A stretch of 64,000 nt of DNA from the human T2T-CHM13v2.0 reference genome, Homo sapiens. Below are positions 32,201 through 44,900 of the stretch, in pieces; positions within the stretch are counted from its first letter, which is position 1; each line of letters begins with the position of its first letter. The notes beneath the pieces are model-generated. The model searched no databases and was not told the origin of the DNA. It saw only the letters and a list, made by a program, of their open reading frames with translations. The position numbers were made by a program, and so were the translations under genes. The DNA lies in the NCBI RefSeq assembly GCF_009914755.1, contig NC_060941.1. One strand, given 5' to 3'.

Positions 32201-34119
32201 TGACTAATGGCCCAGGGAACAATGGAGAGATACCCAACACACGATTATTGGGGGCGCAGCGGGCGCAGCGCGGCTGCTCTCGGGCCGAAGCAGGCATTTA
32301 TTTGGAGCAGCGGCTAATTCACAATTTCATGGAACTTGCCTGACACCCCCACCCCCTTGTATTAAAAAATGATTATTTATATGATGATTTCAGACAGAGC
32401 AGCATCTCAGAGGTTTGGGAGCCGGGAGACCTACATCTGCTGCTCTTGGGGAGCGTGGGGGTGGGAGAGGAGTGCTGGAGGGGGCTCCAGGGCTGGGCCC
32501 GGTTGTGGGGGAACAGGGGCCCCTAGGCTGAAAGGGAGAAGGCAGTTCTCGGGAGTGCTTCTGCGTGTGTGATATGCCTCTGCACACATGTCTTGTGCAT
32601 GTGGGAGTGTCACATGCTGCACGAGGCTCACCTGTCTGCCCATCTGTGCTGTGGGTTTGGTTTTGTGTACACTTCCAAGTGATTCACATGTGGGCACATG
32701 AGTGTGTGCAGGCAGATGTGTGGGCACACATTCAAGACTGTGCACAAGTGTGTGTGTGAATATAGTGTGCGTTAAAGGGTGATGTGAGCCGGCCTGCTAG
32801 GTGTAGGAGCGCAGCTGGTTATGTGGGGCGGGGGGTTATCTGCTCCCCAGGCCAGAGGGCAAATCTGGAGTGGTGTATGCCAGGCCCATGGAAGTGACTC
32901 CAGATCCTGCTGGAGAGGGATCAAGGTGGGGTTCAAGGCCACTCCTGGCACTGTTCCAGGCCCCACTGGGTGTCCACAGGCCTAGCCTCACTTGCAGCCC
33001 GCTCACCTGCAAAGCTGCAGGAACTTCAGAGACCTGGGCCCTCCAGCATCAACACTGACCTCGGGTCTATTATCCCCTCTCCTTTCCTCCCCCTCTGTCC
33101 CCTCGCTGGCCCTCTCCCCAGTGGAAGGCAAGTCTGCAGATCCCCACACCATGTTCCTCTGAAATTAAAAACATTTGTTAGCTCTGGACAGCAGGAAGAG
33201 TAAAAAAGGAAAGTAGGGAGGTTTCCTCTGAGCAGATCGCCAGCCTGAGCTCCCGGCGGCCCAAGTCTTCCAGGGGAACTCGGGAGCTTATTTTGGTATT
33301 GCGGGAGCTGCCCAGCGGCCAGGCGCCTGTGCTGGGCAGCTGCCAGCCCCTCTCCACCGCGTCCAGCAGACCCGTCTGCAGTTATTTGCTGTAACAACTG
33401 TTTTGAAACAGTATTGAAAAAAAAAAAGCCCACTAGAATTTGCTTCAAGTGAACACTGGGGGAGGAGGAGGCAGAAGTGGGGAGGAAGGAGGAGGGCAGG
33501 GAGCTTCCGCACTGCCCTGGAAGGCGCACTCGACGCCTCGGGGCCTTTGCCCACGCGAGCAGCCTCTTTCGGGGACACGAAGGGACCAGCACTTGGGGGA
33601 TTTGAAGCCAGTGCTCATCCTAGGAATCTGGTGAGGCTGAGCCAGAAGGGTCTAAACCAGCTTGAGGAGATAGGGGCCACGCACCCGCGAGCTACCCTCT
33701 GCCCTCCCATGTCCCTGGCAGTGGGCATTTCTCAAATGGTGATTGATGACTGGGGATGGGGGTGGGCAAGCCGAGGGCCCATCATTCAGGCTCCAGGACC
33801 CTCGAACAATCTGCCCACGGGGGAGGGGAGGCTGGTTTAGGGGCTCTGAGGGGCCTTTCCAGCGGCTGTCCTTCCAACACACTCTAGAGGAGACCAGGAC
33901 TCCCAGGGGCTTGGGGCCTCCCGTTCCCCCACAGGGCGGTTAGAGGTGGAGCACCTGCCCTGATGCGAGGAGCTCAGAGCAACTTCTGGGACACCACGGG
34001 TGGCCACGGTGTTCTTTTTGTTGCATCCAAGATTTTTCTCGTATACGTATTTTCCTATATTAAAAAATTCAAATGAGGCTTTAAAAATTAACTTGAAAAA
34101 GGTTCCTGATCCGGAAACA

Positions 34120-35370
34120 GGCTCATCGGAGGCAGTGATGGGAACTCGGTTCCTTAGGAGAGTAGGAAATGCGCCGTCTGCGAGGGGCGCCCTGCGTGGA
34201 CCCGGGGCCTCGGGGCGCGTCCACTTACCCGAGCCAGGAGAGACTGGGCCCCACGGTGTTAGCCCCGCGCTCGGGCTCGCGCGCCGCTTCCAGCTCGCGC
34301 CTCCTCCATCCCCGGAGGGCTCCGCGGGTCCCCGGCGACGGGTCCCTGCCCAGGGTCCGGGAACCTTCCCCTCCCCTCCTTTCTCAAGCGCCATTTCTCC
34401 GGAGCCGGGCCGGCCGTCCTCGGTGTACGCGGGAAGCGGGCAGCCTCCGCCTGCACCCGCGGGGCCGGGACCCGGAGGCACCCGCTTCCCCGACACACTC
34501 GCTGGGGCCGCTGCTCGCTGCTCCAGCCTCCCGAGGCCACGGCAAGAGCCCGGGGGTCGGCGCCACACACCCCCAGCCGGCGACCGCGCCCAGGGACCTA
34601 ATTCAATCGCCCCCAGCCTAATGAATAGCCGCGCGCTAATCGGATCTCCGCGCGCTTCGGGGATTTACGCTTCCCGGCTCTCCCCCTCGTGCCCCGCGGC
34701 CCGCCAGACGTCGCTTCCGAAGGCGCCGGCCTGGGGCCTGGCCAGGGGCTCGGCCGCGGGGGGTCCCGGCCGCCGGAGCCGGGAGACGCCGGAGACGGGA
34801 GCCGGGCCCGCGCGACCGCCACTCCCGAGCCAGCCGGGGTGGGCCCCGCGCCTTGTCCTGCGTCCCCGGCCCGGCCCGCGGAGCGCCGGTGCTTACCTGC
34901 GAGCCCCGGGCTCTCCGGAGCTCCCCTCCGGGCCGAGCCGCCCGAAGCGGGCGCCGGCGTAGGCCCCGACTCAGGCAGGCGGGAAATCCCGGAGTCCCCG
35001 CCCGCGGCCCGCAGCCCCCCACCCCAGGTCGGCGTGGCCTGCGGGGGGGAAGGCCGGCCGGGGCCGGCCGCCCGCTTCCCCTTTCTCTCCAGATTCCTTT
35101 GATCCGCGGGCTCTCCGCCGCACCTCGGCTCCCGGGCTGCCCCGGTCGGCCCGCGGGGATCCTGGAAACGGTCCCCAGCTTATCTCCTTTCATCAAGCGG
35201 CCTTGGGCCGCCTTGAAACCGCGGAGCCAGTAATTGCTTTTTTCAGGAGGCCCAGTGCGGACTGGACAACAGCCAATCAGCGCCTTGTTTACACTCGGTG
35301 ATGGACAGTCCACTGGCGGAGTGCCAACCAATCCCAGCGGTCCCGCGGGAGCGGGAGTGGGGGCGGGGAA
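34120..35370. promoter_or_regulatory. CpG island ending in a CCAAT/forkhead motif cluster
   Basis: CpG-dense; GCCAATCAG 35272, TGTTTAC 35286, CCAAT 35328, GGGGCGGGG ~35360. Confidence 0.85.
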
Positions 35371-36299
35371 ACAGAGAGACAACAGGCTTTGAGTTTAACT
35401 CTTTCGTGTCCCTGCCGGAATGAGACGGTGGAGAATTTCGAATGCGTGTGAATCTGTCAGTTGGCTCCTAGTTTAAATATCCTTTTTTCCCCCAGAGGGG
35501 GAGGCAGAGATTCACATGGAGAAAGAGGAGCAAAAATAAATGTATCCATCGCCACTAAGACATCACCTCGACTCCCTGAGAATAAATAGCATTTGGGTGG
35601 GAAACCAAATTCTAACAGAAATATTTGTTTGCGGAATATTTTAGAAGTGGTTTGCATCTGATTACGATAAAAATTGTTCAGTGGCTTGCTTTAGTTGGAG
35701 TGAGGATTTAGCAGATAGGCAGACAGGGAGCAGCATTGAGAAATACTATACATGGTTTACCACACCATACCCGCTTCCCCCATTACCAAACTGAAAATAT
35801 TTTCTAAATCTAGGTGTAGATGAAGAAAGGGCAATCCTTGTCTTCTCAATAAATCCCTGATTTTCATTTTAGTAGCTGCTCTGTTGCAAAGTGTGGCAGA
35901 GGGAGATAAAATTGAGAGCCAGTAATGTAGACGGCTGGAGACTCAGAACTCACTTCCCAGGGTCTGATCCCCAGGTCATGGGGAGGAGAGAGCCGGACGG
36001 GCTATTCAAAGCTTTTGCTGCCCAAGCAGCGGGCGTGCGTGCGTGCATCCGCGAGCTCGGGTCCGGGCAGGCAGCAGCTTCAGAGCGGTAGATGGGCCAG
36101 GCAACCTGGGGAGGCCTCTGGGCTTGGAGGTCTGGCCTACCTGCCACCTGCCAGACAGATTCCAGGGAGAAAAAGCAGCTACTTTTAAGGGGTGGTGGTG
36201 TTTCTTCCCTTGGCCTTCTGTGCGGCAGAAGCCAAACGTTAGACCTGCTGGATTAAACATATATGTGTGTGTGTGTGTCTGTGTCTGTGTCTACGCCTC

Positions 36300-36620
36300 C
36301 CCCTCCGCCGGGACACGCGCACTCGCTCGCTCCAGCTCCCTCTCCCGCCCTGCGCCACCACATTCCCATTCAGCAGCAATGATCTGCGCAGAGGAGCTGC
36401 GCAGTCGCCGGGCTTGAATTAGGCGCCATCGGGCTTGGTAGTAGCCCCGCTGCTTCCTGATTGGCAGTTCCCTGGCCCGGCGCCAGCCTATTGGGAGGCC
36501 TGTTTACGCCGAATGAGTGGCACGAGCTCCCGGCCGTGGAGGGCTGCGCGGCCAATCAGCGCGCTGGCTGTTCCGGGCTGAGTGGCACGAGCTTATTAGT
36601 ATGCAGGGCCCGTGGCTCGC
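36300..36620 (+). promoter_or_regulatory. BAHCC1: Probable BAHCC1 core promoter (three CCAAT boxes, duplicated 15-mer)
   Basis: TGATTGG 36458, CTATTGG 36488, GCCAATC 36551, TGTTTAC 36501, TGAGTGGCACGAGCT at 36514 and 36579; directly upstream of a strong splice donor. Confidence 0.7.
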
Positions 36621-36800
36621 CGCGCCAGGCTGCAGGTTTGAGAGCCGCTCTGGATGGGCTCGCTAGAGTCGTTGTTGTGGAAGCGGTGCATTTACAGTGC
36701 AACAGTCAGCACATTGAAAATACCAATAGGAATACAAAACAAAGTCACATTTACTGATTTAATTGTATTGCATTCAGTTGTATCCAGGAAACAGCCTCCA
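36620..36800 (+). other. BAHCC1: Probable non-coding first exon of BAHCC1 (5' end approximate)
   Basis: Consensus donor CCA|GTAAGT at 36801 downstream of the promoter cluster; the coding exon begins with an acceptor, so an upstream exon is required. The pairing is inferred. Confidence 0.65.
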
Positions 36801-37129
36801 GTAAGTAACTGAAATTGCTTTCATTTTTTTTTTGTTTTTGTATTTTTATTATTATTTTATTTTTTATTCTGGCTTTGGGGTTTTACATTTTTTTTAGCAA
36901 AAGAAATTCAGGATTGTGATGTTAAGAAGTATATATCTTCCCTTTTAACAAAATCCGTTAAAATGTTGAGGCTTTTTTTTTTCTTAAAAAATATGGACTA
37001 TGAGCGATTTTTTTTTCTCTGAAAAATCTTATCGATCGGTTTAAAATTACCCCCGTAATGCATCCTTGCTTTGCTCTGAGCGCTTGTTGTCTCGATCGAC
37101 ACCCAGCATTAAAAACAAATACTCGAAGA

Positions 37130-38950
37130 CAGGACAGGGACCGCCAGGCTGCGTCTGGCGCGAGCCGCGCGGGTGGCACCGGGCGGACAGTAGGCGAAGT
37201 CCGGGCGCCGCCAGCGTGCGCCCAGTTCTGGGTGACCCACGAACGAACCCCAACATTCGCTCCCCTACCCTGCTCCCCTCCCCGGAACAGTCCTGGGTTG
37301 GCCCTGCCCGGTCGGTCCGCGGCGAGGGGAACTGGCCGGGTCGTGGTACCCACGGCCGCTGCCCTGAGGGGCCTTCCGGGCCGAAGCTAGGGGCCGGGGA
37401 GGGGAATGGTCATGGCGAGTTTTTCGGGTCTTCGTTCCCAATTCAGAATTTTTTTTTTCCGGAGAAGTGGGGGTGGAGGAGGGGGACCGAGCAAGGCCGG
37501 CGCAGCGGGGCGTTTTCACCGCGCGCGTTCGGGACGGCGCGCGGGGCTCGGGTCACGGCCCGTGTGGCGGGGTCCGCGGGCTGGTTTTCTTCGGGCGCGG
37601 GGGTCAGGCGCGACCCCAGTTCTCATGACTCTCCCAGGGAGCGGGTGCGGCTGTTTCGCAGGGAGCGGGTTCTGCGGCGACGGCCGAGCCACTCGCGCCC
37701 CAAGGCGCGCCTGGTCCCAGCCCGGCCTGCAGGCCCCACCGCGCCCGCGCTCCCGGAGACGACGCCGGAGGGAGGCAGACGGGCCAGAGTCCTGGTCTCC
37801 GGCAGGCGGGCGAGGAGAGAGCGGGTTTTTAGATGCAAAAGCAGGAAACAAAGCAAACTTGTAGAAGCTCCAGATCCTGGAGCGCGCCAGCCACGCCTGG
37901 GGCCGCGGCAAGAGGGACCGGCGGCTCCAGGGTCACGCCCTGCCTTCCCGGGAGGGAGCCCTGTGCTCCTAGGTTCAGTTCCTTCCGAAATGCCCTCGTC
38001 AGCGATTCTCCGCCCGCCCGGGGCCCTCTGCCCGCCGCCACTTTTCGCTCCATTTCCTCCCTTACCTCAGCCCGACCTGGCGCTGCGGCGCCGTCCTCGC
38101 GGTCCTCCGGCGCGGCCTCTCCTGGAGCTGGGCTGGGAGTGGGCCCCGGGCCTCGGCACTCGGCGGGTGGCGGCGTCGCCGCTGCGGGACTGTGGGACTC
38201 CCAGCTCGGGCCGTGTGGCCGCCCTTCCTCGCCCCACTTCCTGGCCGCCTCAGGCTCCCCAGGCCCCCGAAGCCCGGCGCGGGCAGACGCGGAGGCGCGG
38301 CGCGGCCTCTCCCCGGGAGGAGAGAACACAAAGAAAAGCTCTCTCCAATCCGGTCAGAGCCGTGGCGGCGCAGGCAGGCGACAGTAATCCACCTCCTGTT
38401 TGCTTAAAAAGTCGAGCAGGCTGGTGAGAAAGGAACAATCGGGCCTGCGATCCGCCCGCAGGGGGTGGGAGATTAAAATTGTTGCTTCGTAGCCGAGCCC
38501 GCGTCCCGAGAATCGCCGGCAGCTCGCGCTTTCTCAACTTTGAAATTTCTTATTGGAGAGAAAAAAAAAAAAAAAAACAACCACAAAACAAAAGCACAGC
38601 ACACACGACTCCCTGGAGGCCGCCAGGAAGCCTGGCACCCCCGCGTGCGCAGCCCCCGGCCCCTCTCCGGCCTTCGGCGCCTTTGAAGCTGCAGGTTTCT
38701 GACCTCCCTCCCTTTCCTTCTTTCCCTTTGTCCCGCCCGGCGCCCTCCGGGGCTCGGGAGGCGCCGGCCGGGGCTGGGGGCCCCCACGTCCCTAGTCCAG
38801 CCCGGGCAGCCCCTCCCCTGACCCCTGCGCTCGCAGCCCCCTCGCCAGAGCACTCTCCGGGCCCTGGCGGCCGGGCGCTCGCTTTGCAGGCCGGGATCGG
38901 GGCTTGGGAGCCGAGCTATTTGTTAGACCCGGGGAGAGAGCTGGCGATCC
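37130..38950. promoter_or_regulatory. CpG island in BAHCC1 intron 1
   Basis: GC- and CpG-dense throughout. Confidence 0.85.
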
Positions 38951-40280
38951 CCAGAGGGAAGGGAGCCCCAAACGCCTTTGTATGTAGTTGCCAGACAAAG
39001 AGAACTCTTTGTGTAGACCCATTTATTTACAATGCAAAAGCTCTCCGAATAAATATTAAAAAAGCTTATCAGCTGAGCAAATATGTATTCACTTAATACA
39101 TTATGTTTTCGGTTATAGATTAAATCAAACACAAAATAGTCTGCAAATAAGACGTTTTAGAACCCGGACCATAAAATATCGCAATTTAAAAAGGTATTCA
39201 GTAGATGGAAAACATCTTAATCGCTTTGTTGTCATGGTGGAATGGCTACAAAAACACAAGGTTTTCCGCAAAGTTCCTAATTAGGAATATCAAGCCTATC
39301 CATCTCCCTTTTGTTGGAGGTGATAAACATTAAAACAATACGTATTTAGAAGATGAGGAGTAATATGTGAAGTGCGTCCAGGGAGCGCCTTCGGAGGGAC
39401 GCCTGGGAGCACGGTGGTGCACGCAGCTTCTATCACTGGCTCCGACCCTCCGCACCCAGAGTCTAAAATTGTCCCCAATTTCGCCTGAGTGGATGCTCCG
39501 CGTTGGGTGGGGGTGGAAGAAAATGGAGGTGAGGGTTATTTTAGGTGGCCGAGGTCCGGGCAGGGTCTGCTGGCAGAAGGTTGTGCTGGGCCGGGCCCAC
39601 CTTCCCCGGCTAGAGGGCCGAGCTGGGCGCCGCAGACCCCGCGTACCCAGGCCGCCCGGTACTGCCCGGAGCGGAGACCGGCCTCTGCTCGCGGTCCCCG
39701 GCAGGCGCTGAAGGAAGAAATCCCAGGGCCGATTTGGGCCGTTGAGAGAGAGCATTCTGACTCTGAAAGCACCCCCCCACACACACCCCCAAGCCCCCAA
39801 TCCGCAGAGGAAGATCCTGGGCGAATTTGATTGGGGGGCGGGGTGATTGTTACAGCCTCAACAGGAAGCTCCCGGCTCCGGGACAGCAGGCCGGGCACTG
39901 CGGCGTGGCGGCCCAGGTGATGCCGGTGGCGGTTGCGGGCCTCCGGGGCTCTGAGGAGCCGGCCTGGGGTCCTAGCGCGATGCTGGGGACAGGAGCTGGT
40001 CCCGCTGGGGCTGGGGAGGGGGGACCACGGTGGATTCAGAAGAATGGGCCGAAAGATGCATGAGGGGGATGGGAGTGGGGAGAAAAGGAAGGTTATTAAA
40101 AAAAAAAAAAACTCTTGAGTTACAATCAATAAAATTACTCGCTTAATTAGCATGGTTATTCGGTTAAGCGGAATGCAGTAAAAGCTGGACCTCGGCATGA
40201 GGTGGGGAGAGGGGGAGAGCTAGTGTGGACCCCAGGCCTTTTCCTCCGAGACACCTTTGGGCAGCGGGGGAGGGGAGAGG

Positions 40281-40286
40281 GTGTGC

Positions 40287-40325
<39 letters not shown>

Positions 40326-40329
40326 CGTG
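40281..40329. repeat. (TG)n microsatellite
   Basis: GT dinucleotide run with a few interruptions. Confidence 0.9.
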
Positions 40330-40396
40330 ATGGCTTCGCAGATTTGGGTTTTTATCACCCAGCAGAGCCAGCAGCCTCTTCGCCGCGGCGCCCTAG

Positions 40397-41527
<1,131 letters not shown>

Positions 41528-41805
41528 TAGAGTGGTGTGTGCGCCGGGCGAGCGTTAATAGGGACTGCTGGTGTAAGACGAGCAAATCCTGTTTCTATAT
41601 AAAGCCTTAAAGTGTCAGGGCGAGAATGGGTTTGCAGGGATGCATTTGCCTTAACGAGTGCCTCTGGTATCCCGCTAAAGCCGGACAAAGCGTGGCCAGA
41701 GTGCGGCCCAGCCTCTCAGCCTGCGGCCCGGGGAGGAGGGCAGCGCGGGCGCGGGCTGGGGGTGGCGCGGGGCGGCGCTCAGGATTTCGGTGCAGGCGAG
41801 AGTGC

Positions 41806-41858
41806 GGCGGATTTGCTCCAAGAGGAGAGCGAGGCGGATTTGCTCCAAGAGGAGAGCG
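41806..41858. repeat. Exact tandem duplication, period 27 (GGCGGATTTGCTCCAAGAGGAGAGCG x2)
   Basis: Copies at 41806-41831 and 41833-41858. Confidence 0.95.
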
Positions 41859-41879
41859 TGGGGCGCCGTGCTGGGCCTC

Positions 41880-41942
41880 GCAGGGACGGATCCTCTCGGG
41901 CGGTCCCCTCTGACTCCCTGCCCGAGAGGATCAGTCCTTGGC
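41880..41942 (-). ncRNA. MIR4740: microRNA 4740 precursor hairpin
   Basis: Reverse complement reads GCCAAGGACTGATCCTCTCGGGCAGGGAGTCAGAGGGGACCGCCCGAGAGGATCCGTCCCTGC, containing recalled miR-4740-5p (AGGACUGAUCCUCUCGGGCAGG) and -3p (GCCCGAGAGGAUCCGUCCCUGC); perfect 13-bp inverted repeat. Confidence 0.88.
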
Positions 41943-44900
41943 AGAGCGGGCCCAGGCCTCCAGGGCAGCCCTCTTCCCGGTGGCTTTGATATGAGTGTCG
42001 AGGGAGGTCAGGGTAGGGGCAGCTACCACGCCTGAAGCCCTAGAGGTCACCAGGCGGCGCGGGTAGATTCGGGGGAAGCGCGCAGGGCTGCGCTAGGGAC
42101 CCGCCGGGTCACCCTGGTACATGGGTGGCTTTTGTTTACAGTTTGTTCTAAACATCAGAAATGTTTGTCGCTTTTAAAAACAAAATTGGCAGTAACAGTT
42201 ATTATTGGTAGCTTGATGAACTGTGAATACTAATAAAATTATATCTGCTTTAATGGGATTACAATTAGTGTGTGGATTAAAACGGATGGCAGAGACGGGG
42301 CTAGAAAGGAAAACGTCGGAAAAAGGGAGGGCACTCAAAGAAAAACGTACATTTTCTAGAAAAAAACAAACTTGAAATTGCTTAATTGCTAACGGGCTTC
42401 CAGCATTTGCAGCGCCAGGAGATTGGAATGGGGGAGCCGCCCAGTGGAGGGGTCTCCCCAGCACTTCCCGGGTTGGCCCACACCCGCTTCCCTCCCTGCC
42501 TGGGCCTTTGGCGAGGCTGCCCTTTTCTCTCTGTTGCCCTTCCTTCTTTTTCTCCCTTTCTTTTTTCTCCTCTAGATTTGTAACTGGAAAGAGAAGGAGA
42601 AAAAGCACTTGCCTGAGCGATGGGTGATTTAAAAATATCTCTTCTGCTGTCCCTGTGGTTATCAAGCTTGTCTTCCTGCCCCTGCATGGGAGCTGCTGCC
42701 CACCCGGCTCAGGTGCACGGGGCGCTGAGGCTGGGGCCGCCCTGGCAGAAGGGACAGCTCGCCAGCCTCCCCACCAGCCCCTCTTCTGGCTGAAGGCTGG
42801 TGGCCCCCACTGGGGGTAGGGGGATTGTGTGCACCCCACCTCCACTGTACCGTGCCCTCCAGCCTGGCAAGTAACAGCACGACAGAGACAGGGGCCCCTG
42901 ACACTGAGGCTTGCATGTTGGTGCACAGGCAGGCTGGGGCTGTCCCCTCCGGGAGGCAAGGCCAAATTCCCCATCAGGTCAGGTCAGCACTCTCCCTGAC
43001 CCCATGCCCCAGCTCACATCCTGGCCAGGTCCAGGCCAGCTGCATTCTCCCCCTTCTGCCCTTACTTCCAGGTCTAGGCAGCACCCGGGTAGGTGGGCGC
43101 CTGGTCGGGTGGCCTAGCCCTTTGTCTTGCTCATTCTAAGTTTGGCCACGTGGTTCTTGGCGTGTAGGCCCCGGAGGGCTGTGAGAAACGGCTCTGGGCT
43201 CTGGCCTGGCCTGTGTCCTCCCTGCTTCTTCTTGATCCCAGGTCCTCCCAGCCTCCCCAAGCGCAGGGTGCTCTAGAGGGCGCTGGAGGCCCCTCGGGGC
43301 TGCCTCTTTCAGGGTCTGAAGGGTCATGTGTCCCCGTCCCTGGAGGCCCCATTTCCTCCCCCCTGCGGACCGAAGAGAACGCTTGTGCTCGGAGATGTTC
43401 AACCCATTTGTGATGGGCAACTTGGTCATGCAGACATCCAGCTAGAAGCATCTGTAGCTGAAAGAAAGCCTTTTGAAATTGTTAAGAGCCAGAATATTGT
43501 ATTGGTTTTTAAAATTTAGCTGCATGTATTTTTTTAAAAAAAGAATTATACCCCAGATCACTTTGCTTTGGTCTGTGTCTATATATGATCTAGTTTAGAG
43601 AGAAAAAAGCATAATTACGTTAAACAATTTTTTTGCGTCTTGTGTGCGGACTTCCACATGGCTGGTTTGGCTGCCTTGCTTCCCATTTTCCTGGATGGCT
43701 TCAGTCCGCAGGCCACAGCTGCAGCCAGCCCGCCCCTCCCTCTGCTGACTGCCCCTTGGAAAGGAAAATTGACCCGGATTCTTCCCGCCTGTCTGGGAGT
43801 AGAATCCAACCATCGGGGATGGAGGCCCTGGCCTCCATGAGGCTGCCTCTTTTTGCTGGGCTGCTCTTCCTGTGCCTGTCTGGCCTGGCACTGCCACCCC
43901 GGCTGGACTGAGGCTGTTCCTGCTGGCTGCCGGGGCTGCCTTTCCCCAACCCCACCCAACACTTTCAGAATGTCAGTCTGAGGGGCCCTGATGGGTGGGG
44001 ACATGGGGCTCCCAGGCTTCTTCCATTGTTTTTCTAAAAATGAAAGTGCTGGGAGCTTTAGACTCGGGCCGCAGGTTTTATGGTAAAGTGCTGTTCCAGT
44101 AACCTTGTCACCAAAAGGTGCAATTAAAATGTTTGGAATCATTATTTTTAGTTCAGTGTTAGATTTTGTCTCTAATACAGATGGTCCGGAGGCAAAGCTG
44201 TGAAATCTAGGGGGGAGAAAAGAGAAATCAACAAGAACCAACCCAAGATTTTTCATCAGTGCTACTGCCTGGAGCCACTGGGGCTGGCGCCTCTGCTGGG
44301 AGTGTGTGTGTGATCCGAGGCAGCCCCGGCCTGGGGAGAGGCCCACATAGACAGCCCCCCGTCCTGGCTTCTGGCTGGGCCCGCTCCTGTCCTGGTCTGT
44401 ACGCCTCCCCTCTCCAGGGGCCAGGGCTCCACCAAGGCACTATTTCTCATCTTGGTTTCAATAATCTGCTCAGATTCCCCTCCCGCCCCTTCTCTTGTCT
44501 TCTTTGGGGTGTAAATTGCTGAAGCCTGGGAAACCAGGTGCTCTGAGCCTGGGGTTATTGTGGGAGAAAGGCGAAGGCTCCTTCTGGTGGGAGAACTGCA
44601 AACTACTTCTTTCCTGCTGAAAAAGTGCTTCCTACCGCCAATCTCAAAAAAAAAAAAAGAAAAAGAAAATACCAAAAAACACAACCAAAAAATACCCCCA
44701 ACTTGGCAGAGGAAAAAAAAAGATAATTTCCTAGTGTGAAAAGACCCCATCACAGGCTCCTCTCCCTCATCATGTGATATTTTTTTGTAAAGAAAAAAAT
44801 ACATTTTCTTAAATACCTCATTAACTCCATGACACGATGGAGTGTTTCTGCAACAGTTAGCAACATTAAGTAGGTGTGAAAAGAGTTACTTTCCGAAGAC

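Noticed and set aside
34000-34962. 320-aa plus-strand ORF
   Set aside because: GTG start, CpG-island composition, overlapping ORFs on both strands
37066-38427. 453-aa plus-strand ORF in intron 1
   Set aside because: Non-ATG start, GC-driven low-complexity translation, no homology recognised
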